From Macrostomum lignano (lineage: Eukaryota), in contig NIVC01000044.1 in assembly GCA_002269645.1 (NCBI GenBank), positions 119,498 to 183,497 of the forward strand: 64,000 bases of DNA. The letters run 5' to 3'. Of the stretch, positions 13,546 through 25,913 are shown piece after piece. The stretch's first letter is position 1, and the number at the start of each line of letters is the position of its first letter. The notes below the pieces were generated by a model. The model saw nothing but the letters and a program-made list of their open reading frames with translations, made no database searches and had not been told where the DNA came from. The position numbers were made by a program, and so were the translations under genes.

Positions 13546-13924
13546 TCGATATGAAAGCATTTGTAAAAACCAGCTGTTCTAAAAGAACTTGTCTAACAAG
13601 AAAAAAGAAACCAATTACGCATTCAACTTTGAATTGGCGCCATTAGTTTTCATGGCAACGAGGGTAGGGAGAGCCTTGAAGTGGGGCTTGAGGCAGAGGC
13701 AGCAGTGGCCAAGCAGCATTGTTCTATTTTAGCTGGCAGCAAAATAAAGCTTCGATTTTCTATTTTCAAGAGCTTGGAAGACTGGCAGATGTGAGATGCT
13801 GCAATGAAAACAGTGCACTGAGCAGAACTGAGAACTTCTAGCAGCAATGCAGCTGAAAAAGCCCCGCTAATGCTTTATTCATCGTGAAATACTATATAGA
13901 AGTATACATGGAGTAGAAGATGGT

Positions 13925-14310
13925 TTCCCCAAGCCAGATTCTATGTCTAGAACTCCATAGACTAAATTAAGCATTGACAGTTTCCCCAGCCAGATTTTAT
14001 GCCTAGAACTCCATAGTTTAGGCTTGAGCACTAACAGCTCCGTCAACCAGATTTTATGCCTAGAACTCCATAGTTTAGGCTTGAGCACTAACAGCTCCCT
14101 CAACCAGATTCTATGTCTAGAACTCCATGGTTTAGGCTTGAGCACAACAGCTCCCTCAACCAGATTCTATGTCTAGAACTCCATGGTTTAGGCTTGAGCA
14201 CTAACAGCTCCCTCAACCAGATTCTATGTCTAGAACTCCATGGTTTAGGCTTGAGCACTAACAGCTCCCTCAACCAGATTCTATGTCTAGAACTCCATGG
14301 TTTAGGCTTG
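13925..14310. repeat. Minisatellite, 57-bp unit
   Basis: CAGATTCTATGTCTAGAACTCCATGGTTTAGGCTTGAGCACTAACAGCTCCCTCAAC repeated. Confidence 0.95.
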
Positions 14311-14697
14311 ATTCTGTCAAGAAATTCACGGTAAAGCATTCTAAGTTTTTCTCTTGCTTTTTTCTGAGGTTGAAGCCGGTGCAGGAGGCAGAGAGGTAAA
14401 AAGAAAAAAGACAATAGACTCAATTTTCAGGCAAGAGAGGATTTCTGTCGCGTGCCTTTGCTTGGGGATTCTGGAGCTTAATTGGTGCCTCATTTGCTAT
14501 TCCGAAGACGCGCGGGCCCAGTTTCTCAATCCCAATCTAATTATAAAAAGTTGGCGCGCTGTTTTCTCTGCAGTTAATGGAAAAGTGCAAACGCAAGGGA
14601 CAAAGGAAGGGGACAAGGGAGATTGGGAGAGGGAGAAGTAGACAGCTGAATTCCAACGGATGGCGTGCGCTGCTCCTCCATGGCAAAGACTGCAAAT

Positions 14698-14753
14698 GAA
14701 CAATGTAGGTAAGGGAAGTCGGCAAAATGGATCCGTAACTTCGGGAAAAGGAT
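14698..14753 (+). rRNA. Isolated 56-nt fragment of 28S rRNA (pseudogenic)
   Basis: GAACAATGTAGGTAAGGGAAGTCGGCAAAATGGATCCGTAACTTCGGGAAAAGGAT is a conserved eukaryotic LSU segment; the flanks are not rDNA. Confidence 0.85.
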
Positions 14754-14989
14754 ACTTAAAGAGAAGTCAAGAAAATGCAGTTGTAATATGCTCAACAATT
14801 GATTAGTTTTATTTACTCAAACGGCGGACCCGACGGTCGTGCCCTGCGTTTAGATGCTCGCTTGGGCGATTGCAAGGGATTTTATCAACTGGGGGGGGGG
14901 GGGGAGGAGGCTGAAGCTGTAAAATATGCCGCTTGGATTGCATCGCGCTGCTGCGGAGGTTGAAGTAAAAAATATAGATGGTAAACGCC

Positions 14990-15230
14990 AGTCTGTCCAC
15001 CTGTCTGTCTACCTGTCTGTCTACCTGTCTGTCTACCTATCCGTATACCTGTCCGTCTACCTGTCCGTCTAACCGTCCGTCTACCTGTCCGTCTACCTGT
15101 CCGTCTACCTGTCTGTCTACCTGTCCGTCTACCTGTCTGTCTACCTGTCCGTCTACCTGTCTGTCTACCTGTCCGTCTACCTGTCTGTCTACCTGTCCGT
15201 CTACCTGTCTGTCTACCTGTCCGTCTAGCT
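14990..15230. repeat. 12-bp unit CTACCTGTC(T/C)GT
   Basis: Direct inspection. Confidence 0.95.
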
Positions 15231-15329
15231 ATTTATAGTCAAGGGGCAGAGTTTCAGTAAAGCGCGATCAATGTGTTCCGTCAGTTATTAATGTTTGTCC
15301 GCCAGAGCATCGGTAATTTCTACTGTTTC

Positions 15330-18176
15330 TCAATTGCTGGCCTTCTTCTTCTTTTTCTTGTCTTCGTCCTTGCCGTGACTGTCTTCGTCGTGATGGCGGC
15401 CGTGATGCTTCGCCGACTTCTTGCCTCGGGCGGCCCGGCGATAGTAGCGGCTGTAGTAGTCGCCAAGCAGGTCGTCAATGCCCTGATAGTTGCAGTCGGA
15501 GTCGCAGGAGGCTACAAGGCTGCCTCGGAATCCAACTGGACGGCGGTTGCAGCACTGGCCGGCCGGACAGTCCGAGTCCTGGGTGCAGCTGCGGGACAGG
15601 AAGCTGGGCTGGGCCGGCAGCTCGTAGCTCGAACTGGATGACGAGGCGGCGGAGACGGGCGGCGACGAATCGCCGTGACCGCGTCGGCGACAGAAGCCGC
15701 CCATGCCTGATGCGCATGAAAAAGAGGTAGATGTGTGAATCGGGTTGGAGGTGTGTGAATCCGGTAGGATATGTGTGAATCGGGTAGGTGTGTGAATTGG
15801 GTAGGAGATGTTGTGAATTGGAAAGCTGTAGGAATCGGGAAGGTGTCTGTGTGTGTGTGTGTGTGTGTGTGAATCGGGTAGGAGATGTTGTGAATTTGGA
15901 AGGAGATGTGTGAGTCGGGAAGGAGATGTGAATCGGGAAGAAAAAGTGTGAATCAGGAAGCAGATGTGTGAATCGGATAGGTGTGTGAATCGGGAAGGAG
16001 ATGTGAATCGGGAAGGAAGATGTGAATCGTATAGTTGCGTGAATCAGGTAGGTGCGTGAATCGGGAAGGAGATGTTTGGATTTGGAAGATGTGAATCGGG
16101 AAGGAGATGTGAATTGGGAAGGAGATGTGTGAATCGGGAAGGAGATGTGAATCGGGTAGGAGATGTGAATCGGGAAGGAGATGTGAATCGGGAAGGAGAT
16201 GTGTGAATCGGGAATGAGATGTGTGAATCGGGAAGGAGATGTGTGAATTCAGTAAGTGTGTGAATTTGGTAGGTGTGTGAATCGGGAAGGAGATGTTTGA
16301 ATTTGGAGGATGTGTGTTTTGGGTAGGTGTGTGAATCGGATATGTGTGTTTCGGCTAGGTGTGTGAATTGGGTAATGTGTGAATCAGGATGGAGATGTGA
16401 ATCGGGAAGATGTGTGAATTGGGTGGGTGTGTGAATCGGGAAGGAGATGTGTGAGTCGGGAAGGAGATGTTTGAATTTGCATGGGTACGAGCTCGTAGGT
16501 GTGTGAATCGATTAGATTCGATCAAGTTCGAAATGCACTGCTAGGCTGGCTGATCAGCAGTGATAGTTGAATTTGCTCATTCGCTCATAGCTCAGACATT
16601 TAACTAGCAAATCCGACCCCAGCTAGAACTCGACGAGTTCCCCCGTCAATCAGAAGTCTGCGAACTGCGAAAAAATATATAGGAGAGGATGGAGAGGGTG
16701 CAGTGAGGGGAAGGGAAGGAGGAATCCCAATTGGGAATAGGCAATTGGGGAATATAACAGCCCTCGCGGTGTCGTCTCTCTCCGTTCGCCAGAGTGGGTG
16801 GGGGCACCACAGCGCCTGCGACCGAATTCAATTACCTCGAATTACCCGGAATGAGAGTCCGATGGCCAGAGTGGGAAGTGTCCCCTAGGGCGGGCTGCTT
16901 AAGCTGGGCTACTTGTTCTTGTGCGGTCAGCTGGCTCTGCACTATTTATGTATACACGTATAGCCCCAGTATAAGAGTAAAGAGCCGCTCCACCAGAGAG
17001 CAGAAACTCGAATTTCTGCAGCCAAGGGAGACTCAATTGGCGGGCGAATAAGTAGGGGTTGGAGGGTTGGGGTATTCCCTACTGATGAGTGTTTGAAGGG
17101 CTGGGGTATTCCCTAGTGAGTGCTTGGAGTGCTAGGGTATTCCCTACTGAGTGTTTGAAGGGCTGGGGTATTCCCTACTGAAGGTGCTTGGAGGGCTGGG
17201 GCATTCCCTACTGAGAGTGTTTGAAAGGCTAGGGTATTCCCTACTGAGTGTATGGAGGGCTGGGGTATTCCCTACTGAGTGTATGGAAGGCTGAGGTATT
17301 CCCTACTGAGTGTATGGAGGGCTGAGGTATTCCCTACTGAGTGTATGGAGGGCTGAGGTATTCCCTACTGAGTGTATGGAGGGCTGAGGTATTCCCTACT
17401 GAGTGTATGGAGGGCTGGGGTATTCCCTACTGAGTGTATGGAGGGCTGGGGTATTCCCTACTGAGTGTATGGAGGGCTGGGGTATTCCTAGTGAGAGTGC
17501 TCGGAGGGCTGGGGTATTCCTAGTGAGGATGCTCGGAGGGCTGGGGTATTCCTAGTGAGGATGCTCGGAGGGCTGGGGTATTCCTAGTGAGGGTGCTCGG
17601 AGGGCTGAGGTATTCCTAGTGAGGATGCTCGGAGGGCTGGGGTATTCCTAGTGAGGGTGCTCGGAGGGCTGGGGTATTCCTAGTGAGGGTGCTCGGAGGG
17701 CTGAGGTATTCCTAGTGAGGGTGCTCGGAGGGCTGGGGTATTCCTAGTGAGGGTGCTCGGAGGGCTGAGGTATTCCTAGTGAGGGTGCTTGGAGGGCTGA
17801 GGTATTCCTAGTGAGGGTGCTTGGAGGGCTGAGGTATTCCTAGTGAGGGTGCTTGGAGGGCTGGGGTATTCCCTACGGATAGAATAATCGAACCGACCTT
17901 GCAGGTTGCTGTTGCCAACGGCGCACTGCAGTCCCTCGCAGCAGCCGCTGTCGCTCACGCAGTACGAGCCCTCGGCTTCGCACTGCAAAATTACAAAACG
18001 CCAATTTTTTGAGAAATCAGCCCCGTATTTACCAGAGTTCATGGTATGAAAACAGTCAAAATCTGTCATGAATAATGCAGGTTCACCTGGACGTAGAAGT
18101 CAGAGTTGCCATTGAGTCGAACGAAAGCTTGGGCAGAGCCAGCGACCAGCAGGACGATGGCCAGAACAGCCGACAT
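15330..18176 (-). CDS. Secreted cysteine-rich precursor, 183 aa: signal peptide, two six-Cys (knottin-like) modules, His/Lys-rich tail
   Basis: Exons 18176-18087 (MSAVLAIVLLVAGSAQA/FVRLNGNSDFYVQ, donor GTGAAC), 17982-17898 (CEAEGSYCVSDSGCCEGLQCAVGNSNLQ, donor GTCGGT) and 15706-15330 (GMGGFCRRR..CTQDSDCPAGQCCNRR..CDSDC..YYRR..KKKKKKASN*). Phases 0/1 are consistent. A possible 5'UTR exon lies near 18800-18853. Confidence 0.8.
15725..16510. repeat. Degenerate ~18-20-bp unit GTGTGAATCGGGAAGGAGAT (intronic)
   Basis: Begins right next to the acceptor at 15707. Confidence 0.9.
17065..17875. repeat. 31-32-bp unit GGAGGGCTGGGGTATTCC(C)TA.. (intronic)
   Basis: Two variant blocks with periods 31 and 32. 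Confidence 0.95.
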
Positions 18177-18429
18177 AGCTAGCTAAACTTTTAGCTTGAG
18201 ATTCTATGCGCGGGTTTGAGAGATTTGGCGAAGAAGCAGTCCCGGTTGCTGGGACAATTCCGCCTGTTTTGTAGCTACTCAAGCTCAAGACAGCCAATGG
18301 GGCCATTGAGGCGCGGATGAAGGAAGCTGGGGGAGGCCCTGTCATTGGACCAAGCAGGCGGACACGGATCCTCTTTTATCAAGGAGTACGGTATGGGAAG
18401 TCATTGCCTGTCTTTGAGTATCTCTTTAG

Positions 18430-18446
18430 TGTCTGGCTGTCTGTCC

Positions 18447-18493
<47 letters not shown>

Positions 18494-18770
18494 CGACTGT
18501 CTGTCCGTCTGTCTGACTGTCTGTCCGTCTGTCTGACTGTCTGTCCGTCTTAGTGTGTCTGTTTGTCAATCTGTCTGTCTGTCTGTCTGCCTGTCTGTCT
18601 GTCTGTCTGTCTGTGTCTGTCCGTCTGTCTGTGTCTGTCCGTCTGTCTGTCTGTCTGTCTGTCGGTCTGTCTGTCTGTCTGTCTGTCGAAGTTTGTCTTA
18701 GTGTCTATCTGTTTACAATAAATCTGACTGCCTTATCTGTCTCAGATTATGTCTGCCTGTGTCTGTCCAC
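18430..18770. repeat. (GTCT)n microsatellite
   Basis: Direct inspection. Confidence 0.95.
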
Positions 18771-19919
18771 TTCGCGATAGACAGGAAACCAAGCATTTCA
18801 CCCTAAGAGGAAGGCTATGCTGAGTGGCAGCAGTGGGGAGGCGGCGGCCCAGCTGCAAATCAAAGAGAAAGTGAAAATAAAAAGTCAATTAACAATCAAT
18901 CAATCCTCTTATAGCTGATAGGCCAACAAGTCGAGCAAGACTCAGTGCCTGTTCGAGAGAATAAAAGCAATATTAATGTATTAGTGGAGCATAGCAACCA
19001 ATATCATGATCTAATAAAAAATTATCATTTATAAATATTACATCAATAAACATAACATAAGCAGAACGATTGCACGGGCACCAATAGAACAGATAAATTC
19101 ACAATCAAATGGGCCACTATCTATTCGTTTACTGCATGCTTAAGGCGATTGACTAAAATGACACAATAAAACGCGTATTAAGCAAAGAATGCAATAAATA
19201 ATTAATTAGATGTAAAATATTTGTCCCAGAATTGTAAAATAAGCAATTACAAAGCTTGCTACACAGAAGATAGAATTTCACAATGTACATGCAATTCAAC
19301 TGATAAAATTTGTTGCTCAAAGTACATTAAAAAGTAAACTTTTTTAAGCCGGACAGTAAAAGTAGTATATCAGTAGCATATATTCTACACAAGAAGATTA
19401 TAATAGAAATAATTTAAGCATGCAATTCGAATACTGATCGAGCGACTTCGGCGAATGAAGCGCGGTGTTGTTTGTTTAAAAGCACGAATTGAAACAAAGT
19501 AAAAAATTCCGAAATTTTGTTATAAACACGTAAGAGAAATAAAAACCTGTACTGGGTAGTCTGTCGTTTGTTCTTTGTGTCAGCATCAACAATAGCATTC
19601 ATCTCTACGCTAAATAAAATACAATTAGAGAAAGCACAACGTCAAATCAAGGCTTCTTATTTATAATAATAACGAATGAATAAAATCGCCCGCTGAAAAA
19701 AAAATTTTACTACTTTTTTCAACACAATACTACTCGCCATTGACGTCATAAGTAGAATAAACGAATTTCTGCGTTACTTTTAATGAAGCGCAAATTAAAT
19801 TAAACTTCTTAGTAATTTAAATCAATATTTATACTACTCGCTAATAACGTCAGCAGTAGAAGAAATAGACTAATTTGCTATTTCAATCGGATCGGGAAAA
19901 ATCGGAAAAAAAATAAGAT

Positions 19920-22900
19920 TCAAATCTCTACTCCGCGCATTAGCTGAGGATCCAGCTGGATTCGGTATTCCCGCAGCGAGTTCAACAATCCCAACAGTTG
20001 ATCGCGCAGAGCCGGGTCGCGCATAAAACTGCCCGGCTCGTAGAACTGGCCGGCGTGCGGACTCTCGGACAGCAGCGACAGCCAGCCGGACAGTTGGTGG
20101 TCGCGTAGGCCGACACAGAGCCACACCTTTGGGCGAAAGAAATTTTAATTCGTAAATAATTTAACTCAAGATTAGACAGTGACAGACATTCTATTCCATA
20201 TTAGTAGCTTCTTAAACTATTGACCTAACCAACCTATTAAACTTAAAATGCTGAAACAAAACTACATATCTATAAAAGGAAGGTGGGAAGACATTGTAGG
20301 TCAGATAAGTAGAAAACAGTGGGTAGTGTGTGGGTGGGTGGGTAAGATAACTAAGGTTGGGTAGGTAGGGAGGCTGAAAGGCAGATAGGTAGACTAGGTA
20401 GGGAGATAGGTAGACTGGGTATGCAAACAGGTAGACAGGGTAGATAGACCCTACGGATAGACTGGGTAGGCAGATAGCTAAGCTGGGTAGGCAGATAGGT
20501 AGACTAGGTAGGCAGATGAGGTAGGCTGGGTAGACAATAGGTAGGTTAGGTAGGCAGATAGGTAGGCAGCTAGCTAAGCTAGGTAGGCAGATAGGTAGAC
20601 TAGGTAGGCAGATAGGTAGGCTGGGTGGGCAGATAGGTAGGCTACGTAGGCAGATAGGTAGGATATGTAGGCAGATAGGTAGGCTAGGTAGGCAGATAGG
20701 TAGGCTAGGTAGGCTACGTAGGCAGATAGGTAGGCTAGGTAGGCAGATAGGTAGGCTAGGTAGGCAGATAGGTAGGCTGGGTAGGCAGACAGAGCGGCAT
20801 ACATCAGATTCTCACCTGCAATTTGCTATCCTTGCCCAGACTGGCCGCATTATCAATCCGTTTAGCCGATCGGCAGAACACGGTAGCCTGCAGCTTCCTG
20901 CCCGTCTCCATGGTAACCAGCTGGCCCAGACAATGATGCACAGCTTTGTCAACAAAATCCCAGACGTACAGCTTGCGCATGTGAAAGAACCTGGCTGACC
21001 GGAAGCCCAGATGCAGAGCGGTCTCCAGGGCGGGCACCAGGCCAGCCTCGCCGCACAGCAGCAGGGTCAGCTGGTGCAGCGGAGACTCCCGGCCGTGGAA
21101 GAACTTCACAACGGCATTGACGGCGTCGCTAAGGCCTTGCTGGGCGGATTCGGCCGTGGCTCCGGCGGCTGCGGCAGCAGAGGAGGACGACGAGGCAGCG
21201 GCGGCGGCTGGCCCGGCCGGGTTGCCTCCGACGCCTCCGCCAGGCCCGACTTCCCCAGATGAGGTGGCGGTGGAGCCGCGCCTGCTCAGGCTGGGACTGC
21301 GGCAGCGGCTGGGCGGAGTTCTGTAGCCGTCGAACAGGCCGCCTCCGGCCGGCTCCTCGCTCTGGCCGCGCTCCCGGCCAAGGGTGCCGCCGCCGCCGCT
21401 GCCACCGGACACAGAACCGGACGGCCGGCCGGGACAGGACGAGCGGAGCAGTTCGGCCACTAGCAGACGCTCCGAGCTGCCGTCATCAACGTCGCGGCCG
21501 AGCCACCTGCCGCAGTGGAACCGGTACACGTGGCCGGTGTAGGCGTTCTGCACCAGCACGAATTCGACAAACCAGCGAGGCGAGATGCCGGTGTTGTCGT
21601 GACCGATGCGCAGGGTGGTGAGGCCGCCCAGGTTGGGGTGCTCGAATTGGAATTGCATCTGGCCTTTGGGCAGGGCTAGCAGGCCCGTGTCGGCCAGCTG
21701 GCCGTTGAGGCAGAACCAGGCGGTGGCTGAGGTGCTCGCGCCGCTGTACTTTTTGCCTATTGGGGCGGCATGGGTTGATGGGTTGACAGGTTTGATGGGT
21801 TGGTAGATTTGAAGGGTTGACAGGATTGATGGGTTGATAAGATTTGATGGGTTGGTAGATTTGATGGGTTGACAGGTTTGATGGGTTGATAAGATTTGAT
21901 GGGTTGGTAGATTTGATGGGTTGACAGGTTTGATGGGTTGATAAGATTTGATGGGTTGGTAGATTTGATGGGTTGATAGGTTTGATGGGTTGGTAGATTT
22001 GATGGGTTGATAGGTTTGAAAAGGAACGAAAAGGAACGAACATACAGCAGTGAAAGTCTGTGAAATCATGTGCTAATGCAGAAGTATACAAAAATTGTAT
22101 AATGTATGATAGACACCGATTTTATAAGAGCTACTAATTAAGTATAACAAACAAATTGCAAGCAATTACTGGTATTTTAATTGAAGATAGTTCGATTATT
22201 AAACAGAAATTTTAATAATGACACTGTTTCGATAAGCAAACAAATGACCCAAAGATGCCAACGAGCCAGATTGATGACCCAGAGATGCCAATGAGCCAGA
22301 TTGATGACCCAGAGATGCCAATGAGCCAGATTGATGACCCAGAGATGCCGATGAGCCAGATTAATGACCCAGAGATGCCAATGAGCCAGATTAATGACCC
22401 AGAGATGCCGAAGAGCCAGATTGATGACCCAGAGATGCCAATGAGCCAGATTGATGACCCAGAGATTCCAATGAGCCAGATTGATGACCCAGAGATTCCA
22501 ATGAGCCAGATTGATGACCCAGAGATGCCGATGAGCCAGATTGATGACCCAGAGATGCCGATGAGCCAGATTGATGACCCAGAGATGCCAATGAGCTAGA
22601 TTGATGGCCAGATTGATGACCCAGAGATGCCAATGAGCCAGATTGATGACCCAGAGATTCCAATGAGCCAGATTGATGACCCAGAGATGCCAATGAGCCA
22701 GATTGATGACCCAGAGATGCCAATGAGCCATATCGATAACCCAGAGATGCCAATGAGCCAGATCGATGACCCAGAGGTTTTAATGGCTCAGACTGGTGAC
22801 GCAGGTTGTAAAAGATGGCTATTATGAGTGACAGAAATTTTCCGCACGCACAAAGAAATTAGCCAAACACCTACCAGGATTAAGCTGCTGCACTCGCTGA

Positions 22901-25878
22901 GGCTGGGGAATCTGCCGCTTCAGTTTAGTCAACTCCATCTCCTTATTATAGAACAGGTTTAGGTGAGACCACAGCGCAGATTTGCCGTGCCTGGTGCTCA
23001 AACCGTGCGACCAGATTCGCTCCAACAGGTCGCACAGACCCGCCACCAGAGTGTTCTCTTCGACCCCGTTCAGCTCAATGTCCGTGTGACCGAGCTCCAG
23101 AGCCTCGTGTCCCATCTTTTCCACCACCATGCGTTTAGTCTGGGATTCAATGATGGGCGAGGGCGCTGCTTACAATGAGTAGCATGCGATGATGAGGTGG
23201 GTCATTTGGGAATTTAACTCTTGAGATTGAGGATCCGAGAGTCATTTTGGAATCGATATTACAAATGGGGATCTCGGAAGCCAGTGGGGAATTGATATTA
23301 ACAAATGGGGATCTCGGAAGCCAGAGGGGAAATGATATTAACAAATGGGGATCTCGGAAGCCAGTGGGGAATTGATATTAACAAATGGGGATCTGGGAAG
23401 CCGGTGGGGAATTGATATTACAAATGGGGATCTCGGAAGCCAGTGGGGAATTGATATTAACAAATGGGGATCTCGGAAGCCAGTGGGGAATTGATATTAA
23501 CAAATGGGGATCTCGGAAGCCAGTGGGGAATTGATATTAACAAATGGGGATCTCGGAAGCCAGTGGGGAATTGATATTAACAAATGGGGATCTGGAAAGC
23601 TAGTGGGGAATTGATATTAACAAATGGGGATCTGGGAAGCCGGTGGGGAATTGATATTACAAATGGGGATCTCGGAAGCCAGTGGGGAATTGATATTACA
23701 AATGGGGATCTGGGAAGCCAGTGGGGAATTGATATTAACAAATGGGGATCTCGGAAGCCAGTGGGGAATTGATATTAACAAATGGGGATCTCGGAAGCCA
23801 GTGGGGAATTGATATTAACAAATGGGGATCTCGGAAGCCAGTGGGGAATTGATATTAACAAATGGGGATCTCGGAAGCCGGTGGGGAATTGATATTAATA
23901 AATGGGGATCTGGGAAGCCGGTGGGGAATTGATATTAACAAATGGGGATCTGGGAAGCCGGTGGGGAATTGATATTAATAAATGGGGATCTGGGAAGCCG
24001 GTGGGGAATTGATATTACAAATGGGGATCTGGGAAGCCGGTGGGGAATTGATATTAACAAATGGGGATCTGGAAAGCTAGTGGGGAATTGATATTAACAA
24101 ATGGGGATCTCGGAAGCCAGTGGGGAATTGATATTAACAAATGGGGATCTGGGAAGCCAGTGGGGAATTGATATTAACAAATGGGGATCTCGGAAGCCAG
24201 TGGGGAATTGATATTAACAAATGGGGATCTGGGAAGCTAGTGGGGAATTGATATTAACAAATGGGGATCTCGGAAGCCAGTGGGGAATTGATATTAACAA
24301 ATGGGGATCTCGGAAGCCAGTGGGGAATTGATATTAACAAATGGGGATCTGGAAAGCTAGTGGGGAATTGATATTAACAAATGGGGATCTGGGAAGCTAG
24401 TGGGGAATTGATATTAACAAATGGGGATCTCGGAAGCCAGTGGGGAATTGATATTAACAAATGGGGATCTGGGAAGCCGGTGGGGAATTGATATTACAAA
24501 TGGGGATCTCGGAAGCCAGTGGGGAATTGATATTAACAAATGGGGATCTGGGAAGCCAGTGGGGAATTGATATTAACAAATGGGGATCTCGGAAGCCAGT
24601 GGGGAATTGATATTAACAAATGGGGATCTCGGAAGCCAGTGGGGAATTGATATTAACAAATGGGGATCTCGGAAGCCGGTGGGGAATTGATATTAATAAA
24701 TGGGGATCTGGAAAGCTAGTGGGGAATTGATATTAACAAATGGGGATCTCGGAAGCCAGTGGGGAATTGATATTAACAAATGGGGATCTGGGAAGCCAGT
24801 GGGGAATTGATATTACAAATGGGGATCTGGGAAGCCGGTGGGGAATTGATATTAACAAATGGGGATCTGGAAAGCTTGTGGGGAATTGATATTAACAAAT
24901 GGGGATCTCGGAAGCCAGTGGGGAATTGATATTAACAAATGGGGATCTGGGAAGCCAGTGGGGAATTGATATTAACAAATAGGGATCTCGGAAGCCAGTG
25001 GGGAATTGATAACAAATGGGGATCTGGGAAGCTAGTGGGGAGTTGATAATAACAAATGGGGACCTGGGAAGCCGGTGGGGAATTGATAATAACAAATGGG
25101 GATCTGGGAAGCTAGTGGGGAATTGATAATAACAAATGGGGATCTGGGAAGCCGGTGGGGAATTGATATTAATAAATGGGGATCTGGGAAGCTAGTGGGG
25201 AATTGATATTAACAAATGGGGATCTGGGAAGGTGGGGAATTGATATTAACAAATGGGGACCTGGGAAGCCGGTGGGGAATTGATAATAACAAATGGGGAT
25301 CTGGGAAGCTAGTGGGGAATTGATAATAACAAATGGGGATCTGGGAAGGTGGGGAATTGATATTAATAAATGGGGATCTGGGAAGCTAGTGGGGAATTGA
25401 TATTAACAAATGGGGATCTGGGAAGGTGGGGAATTGATAACAAATGGGGATCTAGGAAGCTGGTGAGGAAGTGATTGTTAGAAATGGGGAGCGGCTAACC
25501 TTGCTCTTGCACTCTTTGAGCAGGGCCTCCACAAATTTCCAGTTGGTCTGCGCCATCACCGAGGGCGCCATGTCGGACAAGTTTGGCTGGCGCAACGATT
25601 TCACTCGATTTTCTTGCATGTATTTCTGGAGGTTGGCGAAACAAAGGCAAAGGAGAGTGTAGGATGTATAGATTAATAATACCTACGCAAGTAGTCGGCA
25701 AAAATAAAGTACGGGCTAGCAACAACAGGCTGTGTATAACAAAAAATGTAAATTAAAAAAATAAGAAATCATAGCTTTTAATTTTATTAAGCAAACAGTT
25801 TAAGATACTACTACTAGCTTTTTAGTAGTTCTTGAGTAGTTTATCATTACTCGCTTGCTATTACTATTATACTATTAC

Positions 25879-25913
<35 letters not shown>

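Noticed and set aside
12653-13560. Long ORFs over repeats (also 26188-27203, 27523-28560, 33051-33994, 37396-38529, 50129-51474, 58426-58896)
   Set aside because: They are translations of stop-free tandem units, open in several frames, and often lie inside introns of the real genes.
23255-25460. CRISPR-like appearance of regular 20-57-bp repeats here and across the window
   Set aside because: Units are head-to-tail with no unique spacers, there are no cas genes, and the context is eukaryotic introns.
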